From: Salpingoeca rosetta
Taxonomy: Eukaryota > Protista > Choanoflagellata
Assembly: GCA_033442325.1 (NCBI GenBank)
Contig: JAWQFM010000004.1
Span: forward strand, 1,071,208 to 1,100,959
Direction of reading: 5' to 3'
Length of the DNA: 29,752 bases
Shown here piece by piece: positions 1-10,863 of the stretch. Numbering within the stretch: the first letter of the stretch is position 1; each line of letters begins with the position of its first letter. The notes under the pieces were generated by a model. That model was given only the letters and a program-made list of their open reading frames with translations, was not told the origin of the DNA and did not search any database. A program made the translations under genes and the position numbers.

Positions 1-795
1 GTTGTTGATGTGTGGGAGGGGAGGTGTTCAGGCGTTTTGGGGAGGAGTTGCGCTGATGTCACGCTCTGTTGAACTTGTGGAAGGGGGGGAATGCGCTGGT
101 TGTTTCACTGTGTGTGCGGCTTCTTGGTGGGTAGCAAGCTGGCAAGGAGGACTGTGAAGTCAAACCAGGCGGAAGTAGGGAGTGCTGGAGTGCTAAAGTG
201 GAACCACTACACGGTGGGCGTGGCGTGGGCGTGGCGAGCGCGGCAAGGCACCCAGGCAAGCAAGGCAAGGCAAGTGATGAAGGGAGAACAAAGGAGAGAA
301 GGAGGAGCGAGGAAGGAGCGAGGTGAGGTGGCACGTCAAACAACAACAAGCAAACAAAATGCACGCGCTGCACTGCATTTTGGCGAGAAAGAAGGAGGCG
401 TGGCGTGAAAGAATTGAGCGTGCATGCCACGCACAGCAGGAGGAACGTTGCGCAGCCAAGCTACGCTACACAGCAGCGATTGTGGCGTGTGTGTGTGTGT
501 GTGTGCGTGAAACCTTGAAACACGAAAGGAGGCGGTCATTTGGCATTCAACTCAAAGGCTGAAAGAAGCGGGGGGGATACAAGACAGCAAGAACAACAAC
601 CGCAACAACAACAACTTACAACATAAACAACGTCATTGAAATCATGAGTACATAGTAATTGTCAGCCCAACAAAACAAACAGCTTGGGGCACATGAATCA
701 CGCTCAAGACGACACATGGCATGGGAACAGAAAAACAAGGGAAGGAAGGACGGGACAGCCAACGTTGACCAACAGGAGGAGGGTGTGGTTTTGGA

Positions 796-2118
796 TTAAC
801 AGCCAGGATCGATGACGAGCACACCATCAGCGGTGGCTGGAATGGCGTAGATGAGACCGTTTTGAGCGAGGACGCCACCCCACCACTTGTTGGAGCCTGA
901 AAGCCCACTAATGCTGGTTGTGTCGGTGGTGTTGGTGGTGGGATCGTAGTTGAGGACGGAAGACGAGTCGTGCGGGATGCCAATGATGTTGCCGTTTGGT
1001 GCGAGCACGCCTCCGACCCACTTGTTCGAACCCGTCGCCTCAGCAACGCTGAATGTGGTGGCACTGTCCGTGGTTGGGTCTATGACCAGTGTCGTCGCAG
1101 ATCGAGCTGGCACGGCGTAGATGTGGCCGTTGCGTGCCAAGACGCCTCCCCGCCATTTGTACAGGCTCGTGTCGAGATTGTGAATCGTGGTGTCCTCCGT
1201 CGTGAGAGACACTGGATCGATGACAAGGACTGAGGTTGCCTTGTATGGGATGCAGTAGATGAGGCCGTTTGCTGCTTGAATGCCGCCGTACCACTTATGG
1301 GTAGCAGAGGAGAGGCCTGATAGGGTGGTGGTGTCGGCGGTGTTGGTGGCGGCGTCGATGAGCAGCACAGAGGTGGCGTAAAACGGAACGCCGAAGATGC
1401 GGCCGTTGTCTGCCACCACACCACTAAACCACTTGCCCGTTCCCACACCGAGGGACTGAATGGTTGTGGTATCGGCGGTGTTGGTATCGGGATCGACGAT
1501 GAGCATGGTTTCTCTGTGTGATGGAAACATGTAGACGAGACCGGTGTGCGCCAGCACCGCATCGGACCATTTGTCACTGTCGATGCCCAGCTCGGAGATG
1601 GTGGTTGTGTCGGCGGTGTTGGTGCTTGGATCAATGATAAGCACAGACTCTGAGCTGAAAGGTGCAGCGTAGATTAGGCCGTTGTTCGCCAGCACCCCGC
1701 CAGCCCATTTGAAGACGAGAGTGCCAAAATCGTCGAAGGTGAATGAGCTTGCGCTGCACGCCTCGGCTCGAAGGGCGTCGATTCGTCCCTGCTGAGCGGT
1801 GATCGTGTCCTGCTGTATGGCAATCATGCTCTGCTGCGCCTGCACGTTTTGCTGGTACACCTGCAACATGCTCTGCTGTGCAGCCACTGTCTCAAAGAGC
1901 GCATCCACGTTCATCCCGTTCACAAACACGGGCTGGCTCGCTGGATCGCTCGTGTTGATGTGAAACGCACCTGCATCATCCTCCACCAGCGTCACCTCTC
2001 CAGCAACGCTGCTTATGAACGGCATCCAGCACACTGCCGCCGCCACCAGCAGCAGCGCGGGGAGCAGCACCAACCCACCTGCCTGCAGGCACCCCATCGT
2101 TCTCATCGGTGCCATCAT
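796..2118 (-). CDS. Secreted 7-bladed beta-propeller repeat protein with signal peptide and Gln-rich coiled-coil stalk (copy 1, ~440 aa)
   Basis: Intronless ORF. The start was moved to MMAPMRT (ATG at 2118) because the paralog at 14548 starts at the same motif. Hydrophobic signal (GLVLLPALLLVAAAVCWMPFISSVAG), heptad-like Q-rich segment, then seven ~46-aa repeats KWxGGVLAxNGxIYxxPxxxxSVLxIDPxTNTxDTT ending DPGC-stop. Confidence 0.88.
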   Translation of the reverse strand: MMAPMRTMGCLQAGGLVLLPALLLVAAAVCWMPFISSVAGEVTLVEDDAGAFHINTSDPASQPVFVNGMNVDALFETVAAQQSMLQVYQQNVQAQQSMIAIQQDTITAQQGRIDALRAEACSASSFTFDDFGTLVFKWAGGVLANNGLIYAAPFSSESVLIIDPSTNTADTTTISELGIDSDKWSDAVLAHTGLVYMFPSHRETMLIVDPDTNTADTTTIQSLGVGTGKWFSGVVADNGRIFGVPFYATSVLLIDAATNTADTTTLSGLSSATHKWYGGIQAANGLIYCIPYKATSVLVIDPVSLTTEDTTIHNLDTSLYKWRGGVLARNGHIYAVPARSATTLVIDPTTDSATTFSVAEATGSNKWVGGVLAPNGNIIGIPHDSSSVLNYDPTTNTTDTTSISGLSGSNKWWGGVLAQNGLIYAIPATADGVLVIDPGC

Positions 2119-2682
2119 ACTCCAAGTGGGTGAAGAAGAAGAGAGGAGAGGAGAAGAGGAGGAGAGAAGAGAAGTAGAAGGTAAGTGTGCCTTCCAGTCC
2201 TTCCTCGTTCGTGTGTCTGTTCGCAGGACAGGTGCAGCACCAAGAGAAGACAAAAGAAGACCAGATTGGTTGTTGTTGTTTGTGGCGTTTTTTTGGACGA
2301 TTGTTGGGAATCGTGCATTGGATTTCCAGCCACACACAAGCAAGTTCACTGCTGTTGTGTTTGTTGTGTTGTTGTGGAAAGGAGCACGTTGAAACGCATC
2401 TATCTATCCATCCATCCAGCCATCCTTGCCTTCATCAGCTCGTGACTGGACCTACAAGGACAGAGCACACACAGCACACAGCTTCATCACGCAGTGCAGA
2501 AGAAGGGCGTGAGTTGAACACATGTGAAGGAGGCAGCCATCGTGACTGAAGAATACACTGTTCATCCAAAGGTGCGTGTGTGTGAGTGTGTGTGAGGTCA
2601 TTCCATTACATTGCATTGCATTGCATTGCTCAGCCTTGTGTGCTCAACACACGTAAGCGCATACGCACACATACATCACACA
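796..2682. repeat. Dispersed direct duplication, copy 1 (propeller gene plus ~560 bp upstream)
   Basis: Aligns colinearly with 13271-~15213, including non-coding blocks (tgtctgttcgcaggacagg, gacgattgttgggaatcgtgcattggatttccagc, catcgtgactgaagaat, TTGCA repeats). Similarity ends at cacacatacatcacaca. Confidence 0.9.
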
Positions 2683-2721
2683 CACACTCACTCGCCTGCA
2701 ACGCTTCCTTCCTCGTCTCAG

Positions 2722-3822
2722 ATCCGTGCAGCGTTGCAAGGCTGATGAATCGTACATGCTGTGCACCGTCAAAGCCCCCATTGCCGCCTACCTCACTTTC
2801 GACGACGTTGTCTGCATCGCCAAGGAGCAAAAGGTGTGTGTGTGTGTGTCTGTAAGAAGCGTACCACTGCTGTGATCTACAACGCTCGTCATCACCTACA
2901 TCCACCCTCATGCCCATGCACACACGCATCCCATTTGTGTTTTCAGGTGGTTGAGATTGCCCCTGCCCCGCACCTGCCCTCCGATGTGCGCCAACAGCTC
3001 TGCCAGGTTTGCCTCATGTGCATGTGCGTGTGTGTGTCTGTGCTTGTGCTGTCCTTGTGCTGCGGTCACAACAGACGCACCTCACCTGTGATCGTCACTC
3101 AGCCCCTGTTCCTCTCCTCCCTCTCGCGTCTGCCGCTTCCCCTCTCCTCCCTCTCACGTCATTGCTCTCCTGCGTTCAGGACGCTGTAGCCATTGGCCGC
3201 TCCCCTCAACCACCTACCANNNNNNNNNNNNNNNNNNNNNNNNNNNNNNNNNNNNNNNNNNNNNNNNNNNNNNNNNNNNNNNNNNNNNNNNNNNNNNNNN
3301 NNNNNNNNNNNNNNNNNNNTGTAGCAGTGTGGTGTTGGGGTGTTGGGGGTGGAGATATGGTGTTGTGGTGCGTGCATGCACTGTTTTGGTGTTGACAAAC
3401 GTAATCGCACCTGCCCCAACACTCACACCAACCATCCAACGTGCGCAATGTGGTGCAGTCACTACTTCAAGGAGGTGAATCTGCGCATTCAAGTCGCGGA
3501 GATGGTGAGCTGTGGTGGTTCGGTGAAGCAGCACTGTTGATGGTGCTTTGTCCACTTTGATGTTTGTGGCGTACTGTTCTGCTTCATTCCTCCCCCACCT
3601 CACTTACACTTCCTCCATCATCTCCTTCCTCTCCTTCTCCCTCCTTTATTCTTCCCACCAGGTGACTGGCGTTGACCTTGTGCAATCGCAGCTGATGCTT
3701 GCTGGCGGCGCGACGCTGTAAGATGATTGAGTTCGAACAGGACGCAATTGCCACCTGCGGATTCAGCATCCAGGTGCGCATCACCACGAAGGACCCGCTC
3801 AACGACTTTGCCCCCGATACAG
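2722..3822 (+). pseudogene. PC: Pyruvate carboxylase (biotin carboxylase domain) exon fragments, degenerate
   Basis: Exons with AG/GT boundaries translate to RCKADESYML...APIAAYLTFDDVVCIAKE (2722-2833), VVEIAPAPHLPSDVRQQLCQ (2948-3007), DAVAIG (3180-, 3' end lost near the gap), HYFKEVNLRIQVAEM (3459-3504), and VTGVDLVQSQLMLAGGATL/frameshift/FSIQVRITTKDPLNDFAPDTG (3662-3822). These match the PC motifs KADEAY, VVEIAPA, HYFIEVNxRxQVEH, GVDLV and RITTEDP..F.PDTG. Stop, frameshift and missing segments are present. Confidence 0.85.
3220..3319. other. Assembly gap (100 N)
   Basis: Run of N; true length unknown. Confidence 0.99.
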
Positions 3823-4732
3823 GTGCACATGCGCTTGCGTGCGTGTGTTGGATTGAAGGATGGGAGAGAGAGCGGATTTAGAGAAGCTCATGTTTCCTCT
3901 TGGAACGCGGGCACCAGTGGCCGGTGTAAAGTCCAAAAGGCACGATTCTTCTCCTTCTCAACACTTCTTACCCCTCGTAACCCATCATCACCCACGACCA
4001 TGCGCAGCGGAACGAGCCATTCACCCAGCCGCGAACTGGAGCCATACACAACAGCAGCACCACCACCGGCACATGGCGACGAGAAGGATGAGGGAGAGGT
4101 TGATGAGGCGGCACTTGGGCCGTTTGACGTGCTTGTGCACCACACGGGCATGCTTGAGCTGGTGCGCGCGCTCCTTGGGAAGCAGCAGGGCGTCATCAGC
4201 ATCACACCACTGGACGAGCATCAGGGGCAGGTTGCCCGCGTCAGGTGAGCTGCTGCTGACTGGTTGGAGGTGTGCGGTAATGTTGGGGGATTGTAACCGG
4301 TTGAGGAGGTGTTCGTTGCATGCGAGGATCATGATGGGAATGACGACATGTGGTGGCGGGTAATGGCGCGAGGATGCGGCAGTCAAGTACTCATCATGTT
4401 TGTGTGCAGTTCCTCTCTTCATCCCGCACCGATACACCCTCAACTCACTCAAACACACACACACACACATGTGCAGTTGCGCGACGCGTGACGTTGGCGA
4501 GCGCGTCCTGAGGGAGGTGACGAACTTCCCTATTGGGCAGGTGCAGCTGACGGCCCGCCGCGATCCGGACTGCCCCGCTTGGACGGCGGACGAGCTGTGG
4601 TCCGTGTGGGTTGAGCCCGTGTCCGAGGGTATTGAAGAGGTGCTGCCCTCGCTCGCCAAAGCAAACGGCGGCTTTCACTCACACACGTACAAGCCGCACG
4701 GTAACCGCGTCAGGGGCACATTCAGGTCGGCG

Positions 4733-4733
<1 letters not shown>

Positions 4734-4806
<73 letters not shown>

Positions 4807-4819
4807 GTGTGTGCGTGTG
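4734..4819. repeat. (GT)n microsatellite in intron
   Basis: Pure GT run just after the splice donor at 4726. Confidence 0.97.
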
Positions 4820-5942
4820 CATGCGTGTATGTGCGTTGTGTGTATACGTACGTGCACAGATGCTCCTGCAACTCCATTCTGCAACTTAATTCTGCGTAAG
4901 CACGCGTGTCCTTCCCTCAACCACGTCCTCAACCAACCAACCAAACCAACCCCCCCCCCCTTGCAACAGGTTTGTGTCACGGGAAAGCGCCGAGCTGATG
5001 GTCCGCCTGTACGACCAGCGAGAGGTGCTGGGCACGAAGCTCAACGTGTTCCCAGACCCAAAGGCAAAGAACTGAAAGAGCAAAGGGCAAGGACTCCACA
5101 TCCTCCTCCCCTGCCTCGCCAACATCCATCACGCCGACGCCTGTTGCGGCCAGGCAAAGTGCATCACATTCTGCCTGAGCGAGGCAGCCAGGCAGCGTGA
5201 CGTCAAAAGGCCTGACTGCCGCCATGCCCTGGCCCACCGACACGTACCGCAGCGTGCAGGCGACGCTGGAGCGCGCAGGCGTCAACGTCCAGTCGCTGCA
5301 AGTCTTCCCGGACCTGTGCTCTGCAAGCGTTGACGTGGTTGCCGACAGCGAGGAGACGTTCCGAAGCTTGCTGCCACTGCCCATTGACACGGCGGCGAGC
5401 GCCTGTCGTCTGGAGGCGCGCCACGCACCGCTGCACCGCATTGTCGTCACGTGCACCTTGCACAGCAAGCCCACCTCGGGCCGCGACATTGTGCAGGCGG
5501 TTGAGATGAACTTTGGTGGCAAGGCGAAGCTTGTGCCCATCCCACAGTCCCTCAAGGACACGCTGTCCCGCATCCATCCGTTTGCCAGCACACGCATAAC
5601 TGAACAAGAACAAGAACAAGGAGCACAGCAGCAGGATGGTGGAGGTGGCAGTGAGGCACATGATGTTATTGCCAAGCCCACGGCTGTGCACGACCCTCAT
5701 TAGTACTAGAAAGACGGCGATGGTGACAGCAAAAGCAGCAAGAGCAGCGGCGCGTCCTCTGAGACCACACTGCAGCGCGTGTTTGTGCTGGAGACAACGG
5801 ACACGCGTGCGGCGCATGCGTGTGTGCGCAGGATGCAGTTTGCCACCTCTGTCTCCTGTGCTACCCGAACGACGTGCACGTGGCAGTGCTCGACCCCAAG
5901 CTGGGCGGCCTCCTGTCGGACCTCGTCGACGCATTCAACAAG

Positions 5943-8811
5943 GGCAGCGTGGCCAAGGACCTTGATGTGCTGGCGGCTGTAACCATGGGCAACCGCATCT
6001 GCTTCACGGGCAGCACTGCCGTGCCGGTGTGGTCGCAGGCCAAGCTGCTTGCAGGCTTCCTCGCGCCCGCCTTCCACTCGTTTGCCCGCAGCGACCGCGT
6101 GCTGGGCGACGACAAGATCATGGAGCACGTACTGAACGACTACGGCCTCAAGCTCGGGCGCTACCCGACGCCTGGCCTGCTGCCCTACGCAGGCACGGCA
6201 CACGGGGCCGTGCGGGATGTGTGGAGTTTGAGCGGCTGCCGCCCGTCACCGACACCCCGTCCATCGCATCGCCCGTGGCACCCCAGCAGGCGCTTATACA
6301 CACGTGCGACCTGGACGGCGGGGCGCCATGCTGCTGGAGTACTCGCTGTACTACTACCTGGACCAGGACAGGGAGCGCGGGCTCAGCTACATCAACAGCA
6401 CCATCGGTGCCAACATTAAGTCGCAGACGACGATCAGCGTCACGGGCATGCAATACCGCTTCCTGGACTCGCAGCTGCTTGAGCTGGCTCGCAAGTTCCG
6501 CGTGTATGTGCGCAAGCCCAGCGCGGAGGACAGGGACGCGTGCGCCTCGAGCGTGCCCGTGACCGTGGAGGGCATGCAGCGGCAGCTGACGGCATTTAAC
6601 AACGCGGTGTGGGACACGCTCAAGGAGTACCTGTGCCACGTGCTCGGGCTGCCGGTCATTGACACGTCGCACGTGCCGGAGATGTCCGAGGCGGACGTCA
6701 CCTTCCTGAAGCGCAAGCTGTTCAATTACCTGACCAAGGCCAGCCGCACGCTGTGCCGCAGCAAGGACAGCGTGGTGAGCTATGTTGCGCCACAGGACGT
6801 GATTGGCACGCCCTCTGAGCGCAACGTGTGGATGGCTGGCCGCCGAGATCTAATGCAAACGGTCATCCCAACGATGGAGTCGACGTTCCGCACCATTGCC
6901 CACATCCGGCCCACGCGCCACGTGTGCCAGGTGCCCATGTCCGTGACCAAGGAGCTGAAGCGTCTGCGCAAGAAGGCGTTGGTGCTGATGCCAGTTATAC
7001 CGCAAGCACGGGCGCTCCTTCGGCAACTGCAAATGCTTCTGCTGCCACTGCTGCTGGCGACGATGGTGTTGGCTTGAGTGAGCAAGCCGCGCACACAGGA
7101 ATGGGATCACAACAGCGAGCGCAGGGCGTGTATGACTCTGGCAGGGGCGACAGCCTGTCGATCTCGGTACCCACGCAGTGCTCGAAGGACTGCGCAAGGA
7201 GATGGCGGCGGCGTCGGAGGTGCTGCTGCCGACCACGTGCGAGAGGCTGTTCCCGGCCAAGGTGAAGCAGGCCGTGTGGGAGGTGGAGCTGTACCAGTAC
7301 CACGCCATCGGCGAGTCGCTGCCCGCGGTGCAGCTGCATGCGAAGCTGAATAATACGACAGCGGCAGCGTGCCAAGGACCCTTGATGTGCTGGCGGCTGT
7401 AACCATGGGCACCCGCATCTGCTTCACGGGCAGCACTGCCGTGCCGGTGTGGTCGCAGGCCAAGCTGCTTGCAGGCTTCCTCGCGCCCGCCTTCCACTCG
7501 TTTGCCCGCAGCGACCGCGTGCTGGGCGACGACAAGATCATGGAGCACGTACTGAACGACTACGGCCTCAAGCTCGGGCGCTACCCGACGCCTGGCCTGC
7601 TGCCCTACGCAGGCACGGCACACGGGGCCGTGCGGGATGTGTGGAGTTTGAGCGGCTGCCGCCCGTCACCGACACCCCGTCCATCGCATCGCCCGTGGCA
7701 CCCCAGCAGGCGCTTATACACACGTGCGACCTGGACGGCGGGGCGCCATGCTGCTGGAGTACTCGCTGTACTACTACCTGGACCAGGACAGGGAGCGCGG
7801 GCTCAGCTACATCAACAGCACCATCGGTGCCAACATTAAGTCGCAGACGACGATCAGCGTCACGGGCATGCAATACCGCTTCCTGGACTCGCAGCTGCTT
7901 GAGCTGGCTCGCAAGTTCCGCGTGTATGTGCGCAAGCCCAGCGCGGAGGACAGGGACGCGTGCGCCTCGAGCGTGCCCGTGACCGTGGAGGGCATGCAGC
8001 GGCAGCTGACGGCATTTAACAACGCGGTGTGGGACACGCTCAAGGAGTACCTGTGCCACGTGCTCGGCTTGGCCGGTCATTGACATGTCACACGTACTGG
8101 AGATGACCGAGTCGGACGTCACCTTCCTGAAGCGCAAGCTGTTCAACTACCTGACCAAGACCAGCCGCACGCTATGCCGCAGCAAGGACGGGATGGTGAG
8201 CTATGTTGCGCCGCAGGACGTGATTGGCTGGCACGCCCTCTGAGCGCAACGTGTGGATGGATGGTGGCTGGCCGGCGCGATGTAATGCAGACGGTCATCC
8301 CGACGACGGAGTCGACGTTCCACACCATCGCCCACATCCAGCCCACGCGCTGCGTGTGCCGGGTGCTGGTGTCCGTGACCAAGGAACTGGTTGCTGGACA
8401 GCAAGCTGAAGCGGCTGCGCAAGAAGGCGTTGGTGCTGATGCCGGTTATACCGCAAGCACGGGCGCTGCTTCGGCAACTGCAAATGCTTCTGCTGCCACT
8501 GCTTCTTCTGCTTCTTCTGCTGCCGGCGGCGATGGGGTTGGCTTGAGTGAGCGGACCGCGCACACAGGAGTGACATCACAACAGCGAGCGCAGGGCACGT
8601 ACGACTCTGGCAGGGGCGACAGCCCGTCGACCTCAGTGCCCACGCAGTGCTTGAAGGACCGCGCAAGGCCATGGCGGCGGCGTCAGAGGTGGTGCTGCTG
8701 ACCACGTGCAAGAGGCTGTTCCCGGCCAAGGTGAAGCAGGCCGTGTGGGAGGTGGAGCCATACCAGTACCACACCATCAGCGAGACGCTGCCCGCTGTGC
8801 AGCTGCACGCG
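5943..8811. repeat. Tandem duplication A (5943-7342 and 7363-8811, offset 1420)
   Basis: 5961-6645 is almost identical to 7381-8066 (I saw one substitution, aaccgc vs acccgc). The 3' halves still align but carry many substitutions and indels. Confidence 0.95.
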
Positions 8812-9255
8812 GAGATTCGCGAGGGAAGCATCAACAACGACCGCGACATGAACGCCGAGAGGAGCGGCCCCCTTGCGGTACAACGAGGCGCGCGTGCCCA
8901 CGTCCGGTGCGCTGGCCCTCTCGTCCAACATTGAGCACGTGCTGCATATGGTTGCGCCAAACTTTGCACCCGAGTTTGGCAACACGGTGACGCAGACGGC
9001 TGCGGACCTGACGACGGCGTACCGCGCGCTGCTGACGACGACGCGGGACAACAACATTCGCTCGCTCGCCACGTGCGCGCTCGGCTGCGGCGCTTTCCGC
9101 TGCTCCCCATACGCGTCTGCATGCGCGCGCTGTTTGAGGTGATTGACGAGGTGGACCGCGACGGCACGTTCGTTCTTCGACACCATCCGCGTGACCATCA
9201 TCACCAAGGACGTGAGCATGCTGTCGGCGTTTAAGCAGCTGTTTGAGAAGTACCA
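8798..9255 (+). other. Macrodomain remnant
   Basis: LHAEIREGSI (GDI-like start), then GPL/RYNEARVPTSGAL...IEHVLHMVAP...LTTAYRALL...NNIRSLATCALGCGAFRCSP...FDTIRVTII. This matches the macro consensus VIHAVGP, LxxAY and SIAFPAIxTGxF. The NAAN/GGG segment is absent and there is a frameshift near 8872. Confidence 0.8.
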
Positions 9256-9347
9256 TGGCGAGAAGGTGGGCAGCGGGCTGTATGAAGAGGACCTGCAGCG
9301 CAGCGCCCTTGATGCGCCGGCCGATGAGACGCCAGCTGACCCCATCC

Positions 9348-10070
9348 AAAGTGGCTGTACACGGGGCCAACGTACACGGAGCCGCCCTCCAAGGCGGAGC
9401 TGGACAACAAGGCGGCGTGGAACGGGTTTACGCACGACGCGACGCTGCTGATTGAAAACGCCTTCAACAAGCACTGGGCTGCCATCGCTGCCAAGCGCAA
9501 GCGCAGTAATGCTGACAACGATGATGATGATGATGGCAATGGTGGTGGTGATGGTGATGATGATGATGTTGGCAATGGTGAGAGTGATGATGGCAGTGAT
9601 GGCCAGAGCGGCAGCATCGGTCAGCACAAAGGTGTCGCTGCTGGCGGCGTTGCTGTGGAGCATGCGCGTGAGATGCCCAAGGAGATGACAAAGCCGTGCG
9701 GGCGCTTCCCCGACAAGTACCTGCACAAGGAGCACTCCAAAATGAGTGAGGAAGAGGACGCCCACGCGGTCGCCCATGCCCGTGCAACCGCGGCTGCGGA
9801 GGATGAGCGCAACATGCGCCGGACGGTTGATCCAGATGTCCTGCAGTGGTGGCTGGAATACAAGAACCGCAAGGCGTGGAAGTCGGCAAGCTTCTTCAAG
9901 TTCAAGATCCAGTACACGACCAACACCCCCGGCAAGCTGGTTGACCGCTACTTCACGGTGGCCTTCCAGGACCACTGGGTGTACGTGAGTTGAGCACGTG
10001 GGCATGCACGTGAACGACCTACGCCTGAGAGTGAGCGCGTGCGGCGGGTGGTGGACGAGCAGCGGTCGAA
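9348..10070 (+). other. WWE-like domain split by a long acidic/low-complexity insertion
   Basis: KWLYTGP...AAWNGFTHDATLLIENAFNK (W, W, E pattern), followed later by DRYFTVAFQDHWVY...ERVRRV (YxIDF...RxVRR-like). Confidence 0.55.
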
Positions 10071-10089
10071 GCTGGAGCCACAAGCCCTC

Positions 10090-10863
10090 TTTGAGTTTCC
10101 TGACGGCTGGCACATGCGCGGGGGCCAGTTGCTTGTTGACGTGACCAGCGAGGACGAGCTGGGCCACGTGCGTGCGCCCCCTGTTGGAGCCGCTTCGCCC
10201 ACGAAACCTGCGCGTGCAGCGTGTGCAGAACGTGCCGCTGTTCAAGCGGTACTTGGAGAGCGTGCACCGCGTGTACTGGCGCCCGCGCCACCAAGCCTGT
10301 CCAACGACATTGCGCCGCTCTCTGGCAACGACAACGACGACTGCAACGTGCTTGTGCAACGTCTGCTGCACGTCATCTGCAGGAGCGAGCTTGGCCTGAC
10401 CATCAACTACGCCAGCGCGGAGGGCTACTTTGTCTCGGGCCTGTACTTCAGCCGCGACCCGTCGTTTGCTGTCAAGTGTGGCCACCACAAGGGCAGCGCA
10501 ACAGACAAGAACGACACCGCCAGCGAGCGGCGCGTGTTGCTGCTGCTGGCCCGCGCGCGTATGTCGATGTATCGACGCCCCAGCCGAGTGACATTGCTGT
10601 TGCTGCTGCTGATCATGATGTCGCTGCAACTGCTGTTTCTGCTGCTGCTGCTCGCCATGTTGCTGACGAAGGAGAAGGAAGCGGTCGAGCTGCCGCTGGT
10701 GAAGGGACCTCGGGTGGTGCTGAGAGTCCTGGTGGACGCATGACTGCTTTTGCTGCTGCTGGGAGCGTGTTATACGATGTCGTTTGCGGTTTCGACGGCG
10801 ATACGGAGATGTTTGTCATCTACGACAACGGCATGTGCTACCCAGAGTACATCATCTCCTTTG
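10090..10863 (+). other. PARP/ART catalytic domain remnant, copy 1
   Basis: FPDGWHM, RVQRVQNVPLFKRY, RLLH-VIC, GYFVSGLYFSRD, VLLLLARA, LYDVVCG..TEMFVIYDNGMCYPEYIISF. These are the characteristic motifs of PARP7/10/12/14/15-like ART domains, spread across frameshifts. Confidence 0.88.

Noticed and set aside
59-562. Short overlapping ORFs at the window start
   Set aside because: Low-complexity purine-rich DNA with no recognisable product; probably intergenic or UTR.
796-1720. ~138-bp periodic repeats as a CRISPR-like array or DGR template
   Set aside because: They are in-frame degenerate protein repeats, with no constant repeat/spacer pattern, no adenine-specific variation noticed and no reverse transcriptase.
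2119-2349. 77-aa N-terminal extension of the 517-aa ORF
   Set aside because: The homologous DNA in copy 2 is not in frame with its CDS, and the signal peptide begins after MMAPMRT. This is most likely 5' UTR.
2855-2896. Possible remnant of the PC ERDCSIQRRHQ motif
   Set aside because: The position fits, but the match needs several indels over ~40 bp and is too weak to claim.
5073-5075. In-frame TGA as selenocysteine/readthrough, or many frameshifts as programmed recoding/RNA editing
   Set aside because: Lesions are heterogeneous (stops, +1/-1 shifts, large deletions) and differ between duplicate copies, which fits neutral decay.
4400-5200. ORFs containing VCVCVC or HTHTHT runs (also ~15822-16646, 16734-17489, 21970-23232)
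   Set aside because: These are translations of intronic (GT/CA)n microsatellites, not Cys- or His-rich proteins.
8683-10629. 648-aa minus-strand ORF
   Set aside because: Antisense shadow of the GC-rich plus-strand macro/WWE/PARP coding sequence, with no recognisable motifs of its own.
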